A DNA stretch of 62,697 nucleotides from a virus (taxonomy: Duplodnaviria; Caudoviricetes), in the IMG/VR virus record IMGVR_UViG_3300034418_005398, positions 1-62,697 of that record; one strand, written 5' to 3'. A program made the translations under genes and the position numbers. This document shows, one piece after another, positions 18,695 to 28,926 of the stretch. Under the pieces are notes generated by a model. The model searched no databases. It saw nothing but the letters and a program-made list of their open reading frames with translations, and was not told where the DNA came from. The stretch's first letter is position 1. Each line of letters opens with the position of its first letter.

Positions 18695-21600
18695 GTGTTC
18701 AGCGGCAACGTCTTTTTTAGTGGGGACGAAGCCGCTGCGCAGGCTTTACTCCCCGAAGCGCTGCAATGTGCGAACATTGCGGCGTCTTTGCGTTCCTCTT
18801 TAGGACTCGCCGAATACGAAAAGATATTCGATTTGCCGTTTGGCAACGTGCGAGTCGTAGTGGCCGAAAACAATTCAGCCATATACATAACGGCCCAACC
18901 TCGTCCTACAGAGCCTTCTGAGCTAGCTCAGCTGCTACAAGATGAAGTCATTTTTTACGAGCTACACCTGCCGTGGCGCCCCGAAGGTATGGTGCTTACG
19001 CCGGTATCTGCCGCCGAGCCGGACGGTATTGGACTACCCATGCGGGCGGGAACCCCTGACGCGACGGTTATAACAGACCAAGACGACTATGTGCAGTACA
19101 CGTCTGGTGGGGTTCTTCCGCAAGTACTCATAAATAACTATAGAAATAACAAGTACATGGACGACTTGCAGTACGTGGGCGGTATTCCCGAGGGGCTAGA
19201 AACCCTAACGCCTACAGCTACTTGGCGCACCAACGACTCCTATAACCTAGACACAAACACCGGTGACCCGCTTCCTTGGCCTCTGGACCGAGAAATCCGC
19301 TACTCGACGGCGCCTATTTTTGGCCAACCACACAGCTTTAACGACGGCCAAAGCAATACCCCTGCGGATTGGTTTGACTTTAACGAAGGCACGATACCGG
19401 AGCTTGGGGGCGGGCTTTTTGCCGCCATACGCGTAGGCGCCGACTCGCAGTCAGCGTCTAGTGAGCCAGAGGTAATAACCACAAAAGTGTTAGACGCAAG
19501 TGCGTTTAGCGAACCCGAAGCTACCGAGTACTACGCGCACAGGCCGGAAGAACTGCTGTACACCAGCCTCGTTAAAGAGGGCATCTTCCAGAAAACTAAT
19601 TTTTACCGGACAGAAAATAGCTCTGGCCTAATCCCGTTTTACCGGCCTTTGCGTGGAGATGGCGAGACTGGTGACGCCGGTACGTACTATATGGGATTGG
19701 TCAACCCTCCCCGCTACTTCGGCCACTCGCACTACGACTGGATGCCGGGATTCCGTACAGCGGCTGGTAGGCACATTGCGCACTCTGGCCAAGAGTGGGG
19801 GCTTCCATACGCCGACAACCCCGTAGAAAATGCGCTTTTAGTGCAGTATTACAACGATTTAGGCAACGGGCAGTTAGGCATAGGGGAGTGGCTTACGGAT
19901 TTTTGGCGTAACTCTCCGGGGCACTACGCTGCGATTGTCTCTACTAACTGGGACACCCGAGGGTTTTTGAGCTTACTAGACGTTTTTGAAAAACACACGG
20001 CGCACCCTTCGGCATCGTACTTTTTGGTAAAAGGCGCTAGTTTAAACGTCGGCGGTAGCGAGCACAGCGGCACAGTAAATACGATATTCGACGTTAACGC
20101 GGTGCCCGGTCAGTACTGGAACGAATTGCCCCCTAGCTCGCCAATACAAGACGAGCCGGGGCTTTCTGTGTGGTCTGAAAATTTCTGCCAGCGGCTTACA
20201 TGGGTACCTACTCCTGATGTTACGGTCAATACGTACGCCGGCGGGGTTGGTATGTATAACTCGCCTAACCCGCACTATTGCTACCCTGCGTACCAGATAC
20301 GTCGGTTTAGCTTGGGCACTAGGTTTTATGAGCTACCGCCGCATAACGCGCCTTTTTATACTGGCCAACTTAACCAAACCTTTCCTGACGCCGACCTCGC
20401 TACTGATGAGTTTATGTGCGTGGCGGGCGCGCACCCATTTGAGAAAGACGGCCAGACTTGGATTCGCGTGGTGTACTGGGAAACCGACGCTGTACCGCAG
20501 TATATTAACTACCAGACTAACAACAGCTACACTGGCCCGCTGGTATTGGGCACGCATGCAAAGGTGATAGTAGCGGTGTTTCCCGCCGCGCTGTCTGAGT
20601 CATACGACCTGCCTTGGCGGACACCAGAAACGCAGGGGGTGTCGTGGGGCATAGAGGACGAGTACGACTTCACTATCGCTAACGGCTTTGTGCCGCAGTG
20701 GGCGGGCACCGTGGAGTTCTCTAGCGACGGTAACAAGTTTTGTTTTACCGCCTACGAACTAAGCAGCAACAGCGTTACCACGCAATACGACCGTGTCGCT
20801 GCTAACTTCACCGATCCTGCGTCCCAAACAACCTTGCCGTACACACAGCGCGCCGCTATTCCGCGAACCGTGGAGTACAACGCCACTAGTGGGTTTACTT
20901 TTCAGCCGCAACAGACACCCGTAACTAACGTGGTTAGCGCGGCTACTACCGACGTAGGAGCTACGTTTTCTGCGGGCGGAGATACATACCATCTTGTTAA
21001 AAATCAATACACGCAGGCCGCGCAAGGAAGCTACAACATATTCCCCCACTACGATGACGCCGACCAGTTACAGCATGTGCAATCGGTTATAGACTTTTAT
21101 GGGTACCAGTATGGATACGCAGATTTTCGGTACGGGCATCTGTTACACAACCAGTCCACTACGGGTATGGACCACTACATGTGGGCACAGCAGAAACTTG
21201 TTTTCCCTAGCGGCAAAGAATTTGTTTACTTTCAAGCGAATAAGACAGTTCCGCCTTTGCCCACGGTCACCAGCAGTGGTCCCGTTAGCGTGCAGTACTA
21301 CGACACGTCAACGCCGCACGCGAACAGTCCTTACACGACCGGCGGTAATTTTGTTTGTTATATATCTAGTCTAAATCCTAAAACAGAAGAAATATCGTAC
21401 GTGCGAAATACATCGCATAGATATAAGTGGACATATAGTTCGGTAGATTACGATATAATACTTTTTGATAGCTCTGTAGAACAAGACTTAGGAGACGGGG
21501 TAACAGACGTATTGTGGACAAAAACACACACAGCCCCAGTTAGCGGCGGCGCTGTTTGGGCGCACGGAGACTACGCTGGCCATGAGTTTTGGGAAGAATC

Positions 21601-22303
21601 GCTGCTAGATGGCCGCACAGGGACTGATTTAAGAAACGAGTTCGTGTACGAGTGGGGGCCGTTCTATAATGACAGGCTATACAATTTATCTGAGATACAC
21701 TTTACTACGCCAATAACACTTACAAACGCAAGCTCAGATTACGTACGCGTAACTATATCTAAACTTATGGGAGAGCCTACTCGGGAGTATGTGAATTATC
21801 ACGAAATCCGCAGTGTCGTCGGAGGGACTGCACCCCAGTTTCCCTTCGTAGAGCTAACGGCGCGGTCTGCGCCAAGCGACACTGTTATGTATACCCTTGA
21901 ACGGCGCTATCCGGTAAACCACGAGTTAAGCTGCGTTCCTAGCCGGTGGGTAACGGCGCAGTCTGAAGATTTTTCTTTGCATCGCGTGCAAGTCGGGGGG
22001 CAGTGCGCGTCCCCTGCGTCGCTGTTACCACCCCTGTTGCCGCCTACCCAGACTACAAGCCGCGTTTTGACCTACAAGGAACGCCAACTTACTCGGTTTA
22101 ATAGCTACGACATGCCGTATGTTGGCCCTATACCCGAGAATGTAGTTTATTTAGCCGGAGCGCCTAGTAGTTATACCTATGGTGAGTATAGGCCAGACCC
22201 AAGCGGCGACCCGTTGTTAGTAATAGAAGCGAATTTTGACTTAGATAGCGCCGCAGGGTTTACAGGAGTTACCGATGTTTTTCCTTGTGGTGTTATCTAT
22301 TGA
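18695..22303 (+). CDS. Large virion protein (1202 aa) with internal CAP/SCP-like segment
   Basis: Long ORF in the tail cluster. TNFYR...FGHSH...ENA...FWRNSPGHYAAI resembles the CAP signature. Confidence 0.65.
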   Translation: MFSGNVFFSGDEAAAQALLPEALQCANIAASLRSSLGLAEYEKIFDLPFGNVRVVVAENNSAIYITAQPRPTEPSELAQLLQDEVIFYELHLPWRPEGMVLTPVSAAEPDGIGLPMRAGTPDATVITDQDDYVQYTSGGVLPQVLINNYRNNKYMDDLQYVGGIPEGLETLTPTATWRTNDSYNLDTNTGDPLPWPLDREIRYSTAPIFGQPHSFNDGQSNTPADWFDFNEGTIPELGGGLFAAIRVGADSQSASSEPEVITTKVLDASAFSEPEATEYYAHRPEELLYTSLVKEGIFQKTNFYRTENSSGLIPFYRPLRGDGETGDAGTYYMGLVNPPRYFGHSHYDWMPGFRTAAGRHIAHSGQEWGLPYADNPVENALLVQYYNDLGNGQLGIGEWLTDFWRNSPGHYAAIVSTNWDTRGFLSLLDVFEKHTAHPSASYFLVKGASLNVGGSEHSGTVNTIFDVNAVPGQYWNELPPSSPIQDEPGLSVWSENFCQRLTWVPTPDVTVNTYAGGVGMYNSPNPHYCYPAYQIRRFSLGTRFYELPPHNAPFYTGQLNQTFPDADLATDEFMCVAGAHPFEKDGQTWIRVVYWETDAVPQYINYQTNNSYTGPLVLGTHAKVIVAVFPAALSESYDLPWRTPETQGVSWGIEDEYDFTIANGFVPQWAGTVEFSSDGNKFCFTAYELSSNSVTTQYDRVAANFTDPASQTTLPYTQRAAIPRTVEYNATSGFTFQPQQTPVTNVVSAATTDVGATFSAGGDTYHLVKNQYTQAAQGSYNIFPHYDDADQLQHVQSVIDFYGYQYGYADFRYGHLLHNQSTTGMDHYMWAQQKLVFPSGKEFVYFQANKTVPPLPTVTSSGPVSVQYYDTSTPHANSPYTTGGNFVCYISSLNPKTEEISYVRNTSHRYKWTYSSVDYDIILFDSSVEQDLGDGVTDVLWTKTHTAPVSGGAVWAHGDYAGHEFWEESLLDGRTGTDLRNEFVYEWGPFYNDRLYNLSEIHFTTPITLTNASSDYVRVTISKLMGEPTREYVNYHEIRSVVGGTAPQFPFVELTARSAPSDTVMYTLERRYPVNHELSCVPSRWVTAQSEDFSLHRVQVGGQCASPASLLPPLLPPTQTTSRVLTYKERQLTRFNSYDMPYVGPIPENVVYLAGAPSSYTYGEYRPDPSGDPLLVIEANFDLDSAAGFTGVTDVFPCGVIY

Positions 22304-22353
22304 TGTGTAATCTATGGTAAACTAGTTCCCGCTAACATCTGTAGGAGGCAAAC

Positions 22354-22761
22354 ATGCCCGCTCCCGCACAATATACATACGCTTCTTCCGCTGTTTTTGC
22401 AGCGAACTCCGCGTTTCTCGGACTTATTGACGCTGGCTCCGTCGGCGGCAAAATTGAGTTGTATGACGACAGCGACGTTTTGTTAGCTGAAGTTTTGCTC
22501 GGCACTGGAAACGCCCAGCCTAGCGGCACCGTCAATGTCAGCACTGGTGTGCTTACTTTGACTATTGCTGGACCGGACACGGCGGCAAACGCTACAGGTA
22601 CCTGCACTTACGGCGTAATCAAAGACGACGCGGGGGCTGTTCTGCTTAGTATCCCTACGGTTGCAGGCTCTACGCCTGTGTCTGGGTACTTGGTACTTAA
22701 CTCGCTGTCTATCGTAGCAGGTTCGCAAGTAACGGTAGTCTCCGCTGTTATCGGCGGCTAA
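22354..22761 (+). CDS. Virion structural protein
   Basis: AGGAGG RBS. IELYD...LLAEV...ANATGT...LNSLSIVAG pattern of small tail proteins. Confidence 0.7.
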   Translation: MPAPAQYTYASSAVFAANSAFLGLIDAGSVGGKIELYDDSDVLLAEVLLGTGNAQPSGTVNVSTGVLTLTIAGPDTAANATGTCTYGVIKDDAGAVLLSIPTVAGSTPVSGYLVLNSLSIVAGSQVTVVSAVIGG

Positions 22762-22799
22762 GGCCGCACCAGCCATGCTGGTTAGGGGAGGGGTAGCTA

Positions 22800-23546
22800 G
22801 TGCCAGCCATCACTAATGAGCCGGCTGATGTAACAGTAAATGAATATGACGCAGTTACATTATCGGTAACCATTGACACGCCACAAGCGGGGACCGTGTA
22901 CCGTTGGTACATGGTGGATGATGGCGGCACCGAGTTAGTCAACACTGCTGCTACAAACACGCTAACATTTGCGCGAATACGCCCTCTAGCGGGCGGGCAC
23001 CGCTATCAATGCGTTGTAGATGTAGCCGGCGACGGTGGCACTTTGTTGACTAGCCGTACCGCTAAAATCACGGTTGTGCGGAAAACGCGGCAAAACACAG
23101 ACGGAACGGCGCTCGCCACGGACTTCACTGGCCCTGTGAGTCGGCGTTTTGCCGACATACGCGCAGCATCTCCGTCTGCATATTCTTCGACTGTGTTTGC
23201 ACCGGACCCCGATACGTTTGACCCGTTGCCTTCGCCTGACTCGGTTATAGGCGGCGGCGGAGCCACAACCACATACAATTTTTGGGACGTATTTTCTTGT
23301 GGCAACGCGAGTAACACCCCTCTAGTTAGCGCAGACTACGTTACTGGCGGTAAGGGCGCGGACTACACATTCGATTTCACGCCTGCACCGGGAGCACGAC
23401 GCAAGCCGGGCGGTGGCCCCATAAAGGTCAACCTAGATACGTCTAGTGGCACACCGCCGGAAGTCCAGTACACCGGGTTTTCTTTCTCAGCAGCCGTTAC
23501 TGGCCCAGCTAATACAATGCTGTGGCGAGTGGAGTACGACGACTAA
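22800..23546 (+). CDS. Ig-like domain virion protein
   Basis: PAITNEPADVTV...VTLSV...YRWY...YQCVV Ig-fold pattern. Confidence 0.7.
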   Translation: MPAITNEPADVTVNEYDAVTLSVTIDTPQAGTVYRWYMVDDGGTELVNTAATNTLTFARIRPLAGGHRYQCVVDVAGDGGTLLTSRTAKITVVRKTRQNTDGTALATDFTGPVSRRFADIRAASPSAYSSTVFAPDPDTFDPLPSPDSVIGGGGATTTYNFWDVFSCGNASNTPLVSADYVTGGKGADYTFDFTPAPGARRKPGGGPIKVNLDTSSGTPPEVQYTGFSFSAAVTGPANTMLWRVEYDD

Positions 23547-26500
23547 TGGGCTTTACGCAAGCAAGCACCAACTCTAACGGGACTACCACTGTTTCTAGTA
23601 GTGGTGCCGGCCAAATTGCCTCTATTAGCGGCCCCACGTTTAAGGGGTACGACGAAAACGGCAACGCGCTATATACCGTTACTACTGTCCTTACAAACGG
23701 CACTAGTAATACGTTTACTATAGACGAAGACGAGGTTCTGTATTGGGCAACAGCGAGAGACACCCTGCGTGCGCAGTCTTATCAAACGGAGCGAGACGTA
23801 CGCGATGCAGAGGTGCACGACAGTGACATAAGAGAGTATGAGCCGGTGGATAGGTCGGCAGACGAACCACTAGTTGTAGACCCCCCTGTCCCGGTGCTGC
23901 TTTTAAATTTACCAGCATCGTCGGTAGTCCCTCTAGGCCAGCAAATTCAGCTTACGTTTACACCTACCGCCTGTAACATTCAGTGGTATGAAGTCGGCGT
24001 AGGCGCTCTACCCGGAGAAACCGACAATACGCTAACGCTGGACTTTATGCTTCCCGAGGATGCTGGGCGGCAGTTTTACGCGATTTGCTGGACAGATACG
24101 CGGCCCGACGATGGCGTGCTTACCACGACGACTAGTCTTGTCGTTGGCCCCGAGGTATATGACCCCTACCGCGCGTACGCCTCAAATTTTCAGATGGAGA
24201 GCTTGGGTGTTACGACCAACACTAACTACGTAGACGGGCTTCCTTTCAAAGCTCCTATTAATTCGCAGTTTTTGTTTGTTCGCGGCGGAACTTCCCCATC
24301 TGGCGATTACGCTGACTTGCCCGATACCACACAGGACTGGACGAGCACACAGTTTCGTAACACTGATAACTCCCGTTTTGGGGCGGCGTCCCTGCGAATT
24401 AACGGGTTACGTGACTACACGCACTGGTACGGGCTAGACAACGGCGACCGCCAGCAGTACTACGATTTCTTTGCCAACGCGTACTACACTAATCCTGATA
24501 GCTGGAACACTGCGCCCGAAGACCACCAAGGCGGTATACCGCCTTTGTTCGACCAAGACTTCACGATGGAAGGCTGGTTTTTCTCTGACTATGCCCTGAC
24601 TACTCTCGCAGAAATCGCTGCGGCAGAAGGGTCTACAGGAGAGTGGCAAAACTGGGCAAGATCGTCGAACCGTGGATGTTTGTTTAGTATCGGAGAGCCG
24701 TTTGACGCTAATAGGACAGATTCCTTAAACCCCGGCGCTGAAACGGCGCGTAAGGTTAATCTCCGTGAAGGGGCGATAGACCCGTCTTCGCTATTTGGGC
24801 ACTTTAGCGGGCTGTTTTCTATGCCCGACGGCCAGCTTGTCTGGTCTAGTTTTTATCCAGACACTGAAGTAGTAACGGGGCGTTCAAATTACAGCTTCGA
24901 CTATTTCTTAGAACACAAGGTAATCGTTGCCGATCTTGAGCCGCATAACGTGCGCGACGGAGCATGGCACTTCGTATCAGTAGCGCGGCGCTCGGGGAAT
25001 ATATACATCCACGTAGACGGCGTGTTGGTGGGGTCGGGCCGCGACGACACTAGCTACCCTGCTATAGTGCACTACTCCTCAATAAACGGTGACCGCGACC
25101 ACGGAAAGCAAGCGCACACGCCCTTTTACATAGGACAACTGCTAGGCGCTGGCTTTTACGGCCAACCTAAAGTTTTCACTTACGAGTGGAACAACAAAAA
25201 AGGGTGGTTTAACGACCAGCCCGGTGTGTCGGCGCCCAACGTCTATAGCCAATCTACTTGGGGCGGGGATATTGACTCGTTCCGATATACGCCCGCTAAG
25301 GCGCGCTACACGAGCGAAAACTATGAAGTTCCGGGCACACAGTTTCACACGCTGGAGTTTCCGGTTTACGGCGGCGAGATGCGTGTCCCCTCACCGCTTG
25401 GCAAACCCGCAGTTCAAACCCAAGTAGAAACAGGGTTTGTTAGCGCCTTTGTCCCTATAGCCGGCGCGCCGCAGATTTATTCTACTTCGGACACTACGGT
25501 TCACGGCCTGTTAGTGCCTTCTCCTTTGCCTGCACCTGCGGCATTTGCGCAAATTCCCGCAAACGTGTCCTCGCGCCTTTCCGTGCCGGCGCCGTTGTTT
25601 GCGCCAGAAGGGGAAGTATCTATACCTTTGGCTGGGCGCTTGCGGGTTCGGTCTCCACTCGGTCGGCCTAGTGTATTTGCTGTCGGCCAGTTCGACGTAA
25701 AGTTAGACGTTCGGTCGGCGTTAGGCGCCCCGTCAGCCACTGTTATCGGGCCAATCGACTCGTGGGTGTCGTCGCCTTCACCGTTGCGTGCTCCGGCCAT
25801 ACAAGCTAACGTTAGCGCAGGCGTCACGGTGCAAGAGACCGTCTACGAGACGGCTGTTATTACCAGCGCTATGTACACCGATCTGGTTAGGGACACGGTT
25901 ACCGATAGCGCCGTTATCACCAGCGCGGCAACGATAGAAGCCTCGTCAAAGCTGCTTGAGTCAGCGACTATCGCAAGTGCGGCGTACCCCCGTCAGACCA
26001 TCGTGGTTAGTTACACTGACGGCGCTGTTATTAACGACACAGCAGTAACTGACGTCCGCACTGTCCAACTTGTTACGGAGTCGGCGGTTATCAGTGACAT
26101 CGCCACGCTCGAAGCGCCGCGCACTACGGTTACTGAATCGGCAGTAATTAGCTCCGCTCTTTATGCGGGCCGTACGCACACAGTCGCTGTATCGGACGCG
26201 GCTAAGATTGTTGCGAGAGCGTACACCCCTGTCCGGCTAACCGCTGTAGACGGCGCGGTAATTACTGACGCTACGTATTTCCAGATTACCTCGCGAGTAA
26301 CTACTACTGACGCGGCGGTTATCACCAGCGCGGCGTACGTCGAAGCTGACGCCGTAGCTACAGCCACTGAATCAGCGGTTATTACAGCTAACGCTCTACT
26401 CAGGGTGCAGGCTAAGGCCACCGTTACTGACGAAGCGTTTATCTATGACACCGCATACCCAGTAGCTGATGTAAGTGGGCAACCGTTTGGTGAGCAGAGC

Positions 26501-26929
26501 GCATGGACTGCTCACACGAGCATCTGGGCTATGTCGCGCTATGCCACTAACGACATCACAGGTCTAGCGGGGCGGTACGCGGTAGCAGCTAGCGGTTTGT
26601 ATGAGCAAGCGAGCACTTATGCTAGTCTGTCCATTCAGTCTGGCTTCCTAAACTTTGGGTCGCCTTCACTGAAGACGACTCCGGCTATGTATTCTTACTC
26701 TACGCATGCCAGCCCAATGACCATAAAAGTAACCGCCGACCTTAACGGCGCGCAGAATACATACACCTATACAGAGATGGCTCGCCCCGCCGGAGACCAC
26801 CGTGCAGTTCGTACGCTGTTCGGCAAAGGGCTAAAGAGCACATACTTCAAGCTGGGTATATCGTCTAGCGGGTATACACACGTACAGTACTGCGTGCCAG
26901 TAGTACAAGAACTTAGCAGGAGAATCTAA
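23546..26929 (+). CDS. Tail fibre/spike-like protein: Ig + LamG domains, two repeat shafts, C-terminal beta domain
   Basis: DFTMEGWF...WHFVSVARRSGNIYIHVDG (LamG), xVPSPLxxP repeats, T(E/D)xAVI repeats. Start at the TAATG overlap. Confidence 0.75.
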   Translation: MGFTQASTNSNGTTTVSSSGAGQIASISGPTFKGYDENGNALYTVTTVLTNGTSNTFTIDEDEVLYWATARDTLRAQSYQTERDVRDAEVHDSDIREYEPVDRSADEPLVVDPPVPVLLLNLPASSVVPLGQQIQLTFTPTACNIQWYEVGVGALPGETDNTLTLDFMLPEDAGRQFYAICWTDTRPDDGVLTTTTSLVVGPEVYDPYRAYASNFQMESLGVTTNTNYVDGLPFKAPINSQFLFVRGGTSPSGDYADLPDTTQDWTSTQFRNTDNSRFGAASLRINGLRDYTHWYGLDNGDRQQYYDFFANAYYTNPDSWNTAPEDHQGGIPPLFDQDFTMEGWFFSDYALTTLAEIAAAEGSTGEWQNWARSSNRGCLFSIGEPFDANRTDSLNPGAETARKVNLREGAIDPSSLFGHFSGLFSMPDGQLVWSSFYPDTEVVTGRSNYSFDYFLEHKVIVADLEPHNVRDGAWHFVSVARRSGNIYIHVDGVLVGSGRDDTSYPAIVHYSSINGDRDHGKQAHTPFYIGQLLGAGFYGQPKVFTYEWNNKKGWFNDQPGVSAPNVYSQSTWGGDIDSFRYTPAKARYTSENYEVPGTQFHTLEFPVYGGEMRVPSPLGKPAVQTQVETGFVSAFVPIAGAPQIYSTSDTTVHGLLVPSPLPAPAAFAQIPANVSSRLSVPAPLFAPEGEVSIPLAGRLRVRSPLGRPSVFAVGQFDVKLDVRSALGAPSATVIGPIDSWVSSPSPLRAPAIQANVSAGVTVQETVYETAVITSAMYTDLVRDTVTDSAVITSAATIEASSKLLESATIASAAYPRQTIVVSYTDGAVINDTAVTDVRTVQLVTESAVISDIATLEAPRTTVTESAVISSALYAGRTHTVAVSDAAKIVARAYTPVRLTAVDGAVITDATYFQITSRVTTTDAAVITSAAYVEADAVATATESAVITANALLRVQAKATVTDEAFIYDTAYPVADVSGQPFGEQSAWTAHTSIWAMSRYATNDITGLAGRYAVAASGLYEQASTYASLSIQSGFLNFGSPSLKTTPAMYSYSTHASPMTIKVTADLNGAQNTYTYTEMARPAGDHRAVRTLFGKGLKSTYFKLGISSSGYTHVQYCVPVVQELSRRI

Positions 26930-28926
26930 TGGCTGTTTCAGTAGACTATGATGGCAGCGGTAGCCCTAATGTTATCTACTCGGTAGTAGGTTCTCCGGCG
27001 TGGACGGCTAACACCACCACAGAGGTGCTTCGTCGGGGTAATGAGGTTTACCAGTACCTTACCGAGTTGGAGACTAGCGCAGATGCAGTGGCTAGCGCGG
27101 CGTACGATACCGTAGCGGAACTCAGGGCGTTTTCTGCGTCCGTTGGGTCTGTTAGCTTCACGCCGCCAGAGGCTACGTTCTCTGAGACGGGTCCAGTCAG
27201 CACGTCCACCCTGCCGTATCAAAGTCTTTCGCCTGCGTCGTTTGATCCAAATGCGGCGTACCAATACAACTTAGCTGACCCGGTTGAGCGCGGCAACATC
27301 CCCGCGCCGGCGCTACCTGTATTTAACGCACCCCCAGTCCCTTCGTTGTCGCCGAACAATTCAGCGCCTTCCGCACCTACACCTTATGAGTTTGACGGTG
27401 GGGAAGCCCCTGCGTTTGCTTTGCCTGACAGCCCGATTGAGACGGTACTTGCGCCAACACTGCAAGATATTACACCGCCAACCATAGACGACGTAGATTT
27501 GGCCGACCTAAATTTGTTGGTAGATGTGTCAGGGCTTGATGCGGCTATCGCGCGGCTACAGACTCCCGCAGGGCCAGTCTTGCCTACATACACAAAAGTT
27601 TTCTCGGGGTTAGAGGACGCCGCCGTCGCTTTAATTGACGCGGGGGTAGATGTACCCGATGGAGACGACTTAACGGGGCTTACCGTCCACAACTTGCTAG
27701 CTGACCGAGGACTCGACAACCAGAGCTACAACACGCATGGGGTAGACGACTACCGCAGTGCGTACGTAACCAATCTTGACAGTGCGGCAACTCGCTCGGC
27801 CCAGTATAAGTCGGGCGTAGCGCTCAAGCGGGTTATGCTTCCAGCGTACGCCGCTGCCGTAAAAGTCTCTGCGGACATAGCTACGGCCCTGTTTGACTTA
27901 GATTTTGCCGCAGCTAAAACAGCCGCAGAAGCAAAGCTAAACACGGCGGTAGCGCTTATAAGTAGCTACAACGCTGAAGTGCTGCGGCTACAAGCCGAGG
28001 CGCAACAGTACACCGCCGAAACTAGCCAAGCCGTTGCCGAGGCGGACGCGTTTGAGCTTGAAGCTAGACAGGTGGAGCTAGTTGGACAAGTTAACGCACT
28101 GGACGCGGACAGCTTCGCTATACAAGAACGGGCCAAAAAATCACAAGCGTCAGTTTATGCGGCCCAAGTGTCGGGAGAAGAAACTAAGCTAGACGCGTAC
28201 GCCGCAATCGTACAGAGTTACGAAGGCAAGGTGCTAGAAGCTAGGACAGCAGTACTGGCGTACGCGGCAGAGGCGCAAGCCTTTGACACAGCGGTGCGCC
28301 GTGCAGTTTCTGAGTATGAGTTGTACGCCGCTAAGGTCAGGGGCACGCAAGAACAAAACTCGGCCAAAACCGTCGAAATGGCGGCACAAGAGTCAGAGTT
28401 TAGAGGGTTGTCTGCTGACGCTTCTGCGATTACCAGTGCCGCCGCCGCTTCTGCTACGCGACTGTCTGTAATAGCCGCCGAACGGTCTGCGGCCTACCAG
28501 CAACGCGCTGTTAACAACGCCACAGAAGCGCTGCGCATAAACGTTATCGGCAGCAATTACAACAAAGAAGTCACGGATTATGTTAACAACATCGCTGTTG
28601 AAGGCGCGGGGTTAGCGGCCCTTGGTGCGAAAGGCACCGCTATTTCTGAGTACGTAGACCGCGCGCAGCGCGCAGCGGGACGCGCAGCTACCTTATCCCA
28701 AACAGCAAATGAGCAGTTAGCCAGAGCATACGCCTCGGTGTACGATGCAGCAGGGCGCGCCGGTTCAGCCATTGCCTCGGGCCAACTAAGCAGTTTCCGC
28801 GCTTCCGCTAGCTTAACAGCGTCTGAAGCGTTGCAGGCGGCTGACTCTTATGGCGTTTCGATTAGCTCGCAAGGCACTAATGGTTACTCTGAACGCGATT
28901 CGGCTTTGCGGAGTATTGGCGCATGA
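26929..28926 (+). CDS. Virion protein with Pro-rich region and long Ala-rich helical region
   Basis: 665 aa. Similar architecture to the next gene. Confidence 0.7.
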   Translation: MAVSVDYDGSGSPNVIYSVVGSPAWTANTTTEVLRRGNEVYQYLTELETSADAVASAAYDTVAELRAFSASVGSVSFTPPEATFSETGPVSTSTLPYQSLSPASFDPNAAYQYNLADPVERGNIPAPALPVFNAPPVPSLSPNNSAPSAPTPYEFDGGEAPAFALPDSPIETVLAPTLQDITPPTIDDVDLADLNLLVDVSGLDAAIARLQTPAGPVLPTYTKVFSGLEDAAVALIDAGVDVPDGDDLTGLTVHNLLADRGLDNQSYNTHGVDDYRSAYVTNLDSAATRSAQYKSGVALKRVMLPAYAAAVKVSADIATALFDLDFAAAKTAAEAKLNTAVALISSYNAEVLRLQAEAQQYTAETSQAVAEADAFELEARQVELVGQVNALDADSFAIQERAKKSQASVYAAQVSGEETKLDAYAAIVQSYEGKVLEARTAVLAYAAEAQAFDTAVRRAVSEYELYAAKVRGTQEQNSAKTVEMAAQESEFRGLSADASAITSAAAASATRLSVIAAERSAAYQQRAVNNATEALRINVIGSNYNKEVTDYVNNIAVEGAGLAALGAKGTAISEYVDRAQRAAGRAATLSQTANEQLARAYASVYDAAGRAGSAIASGQLSSFRASASLTASEALQAADSYGVSISSQGTNGYSERDSALRSIGA

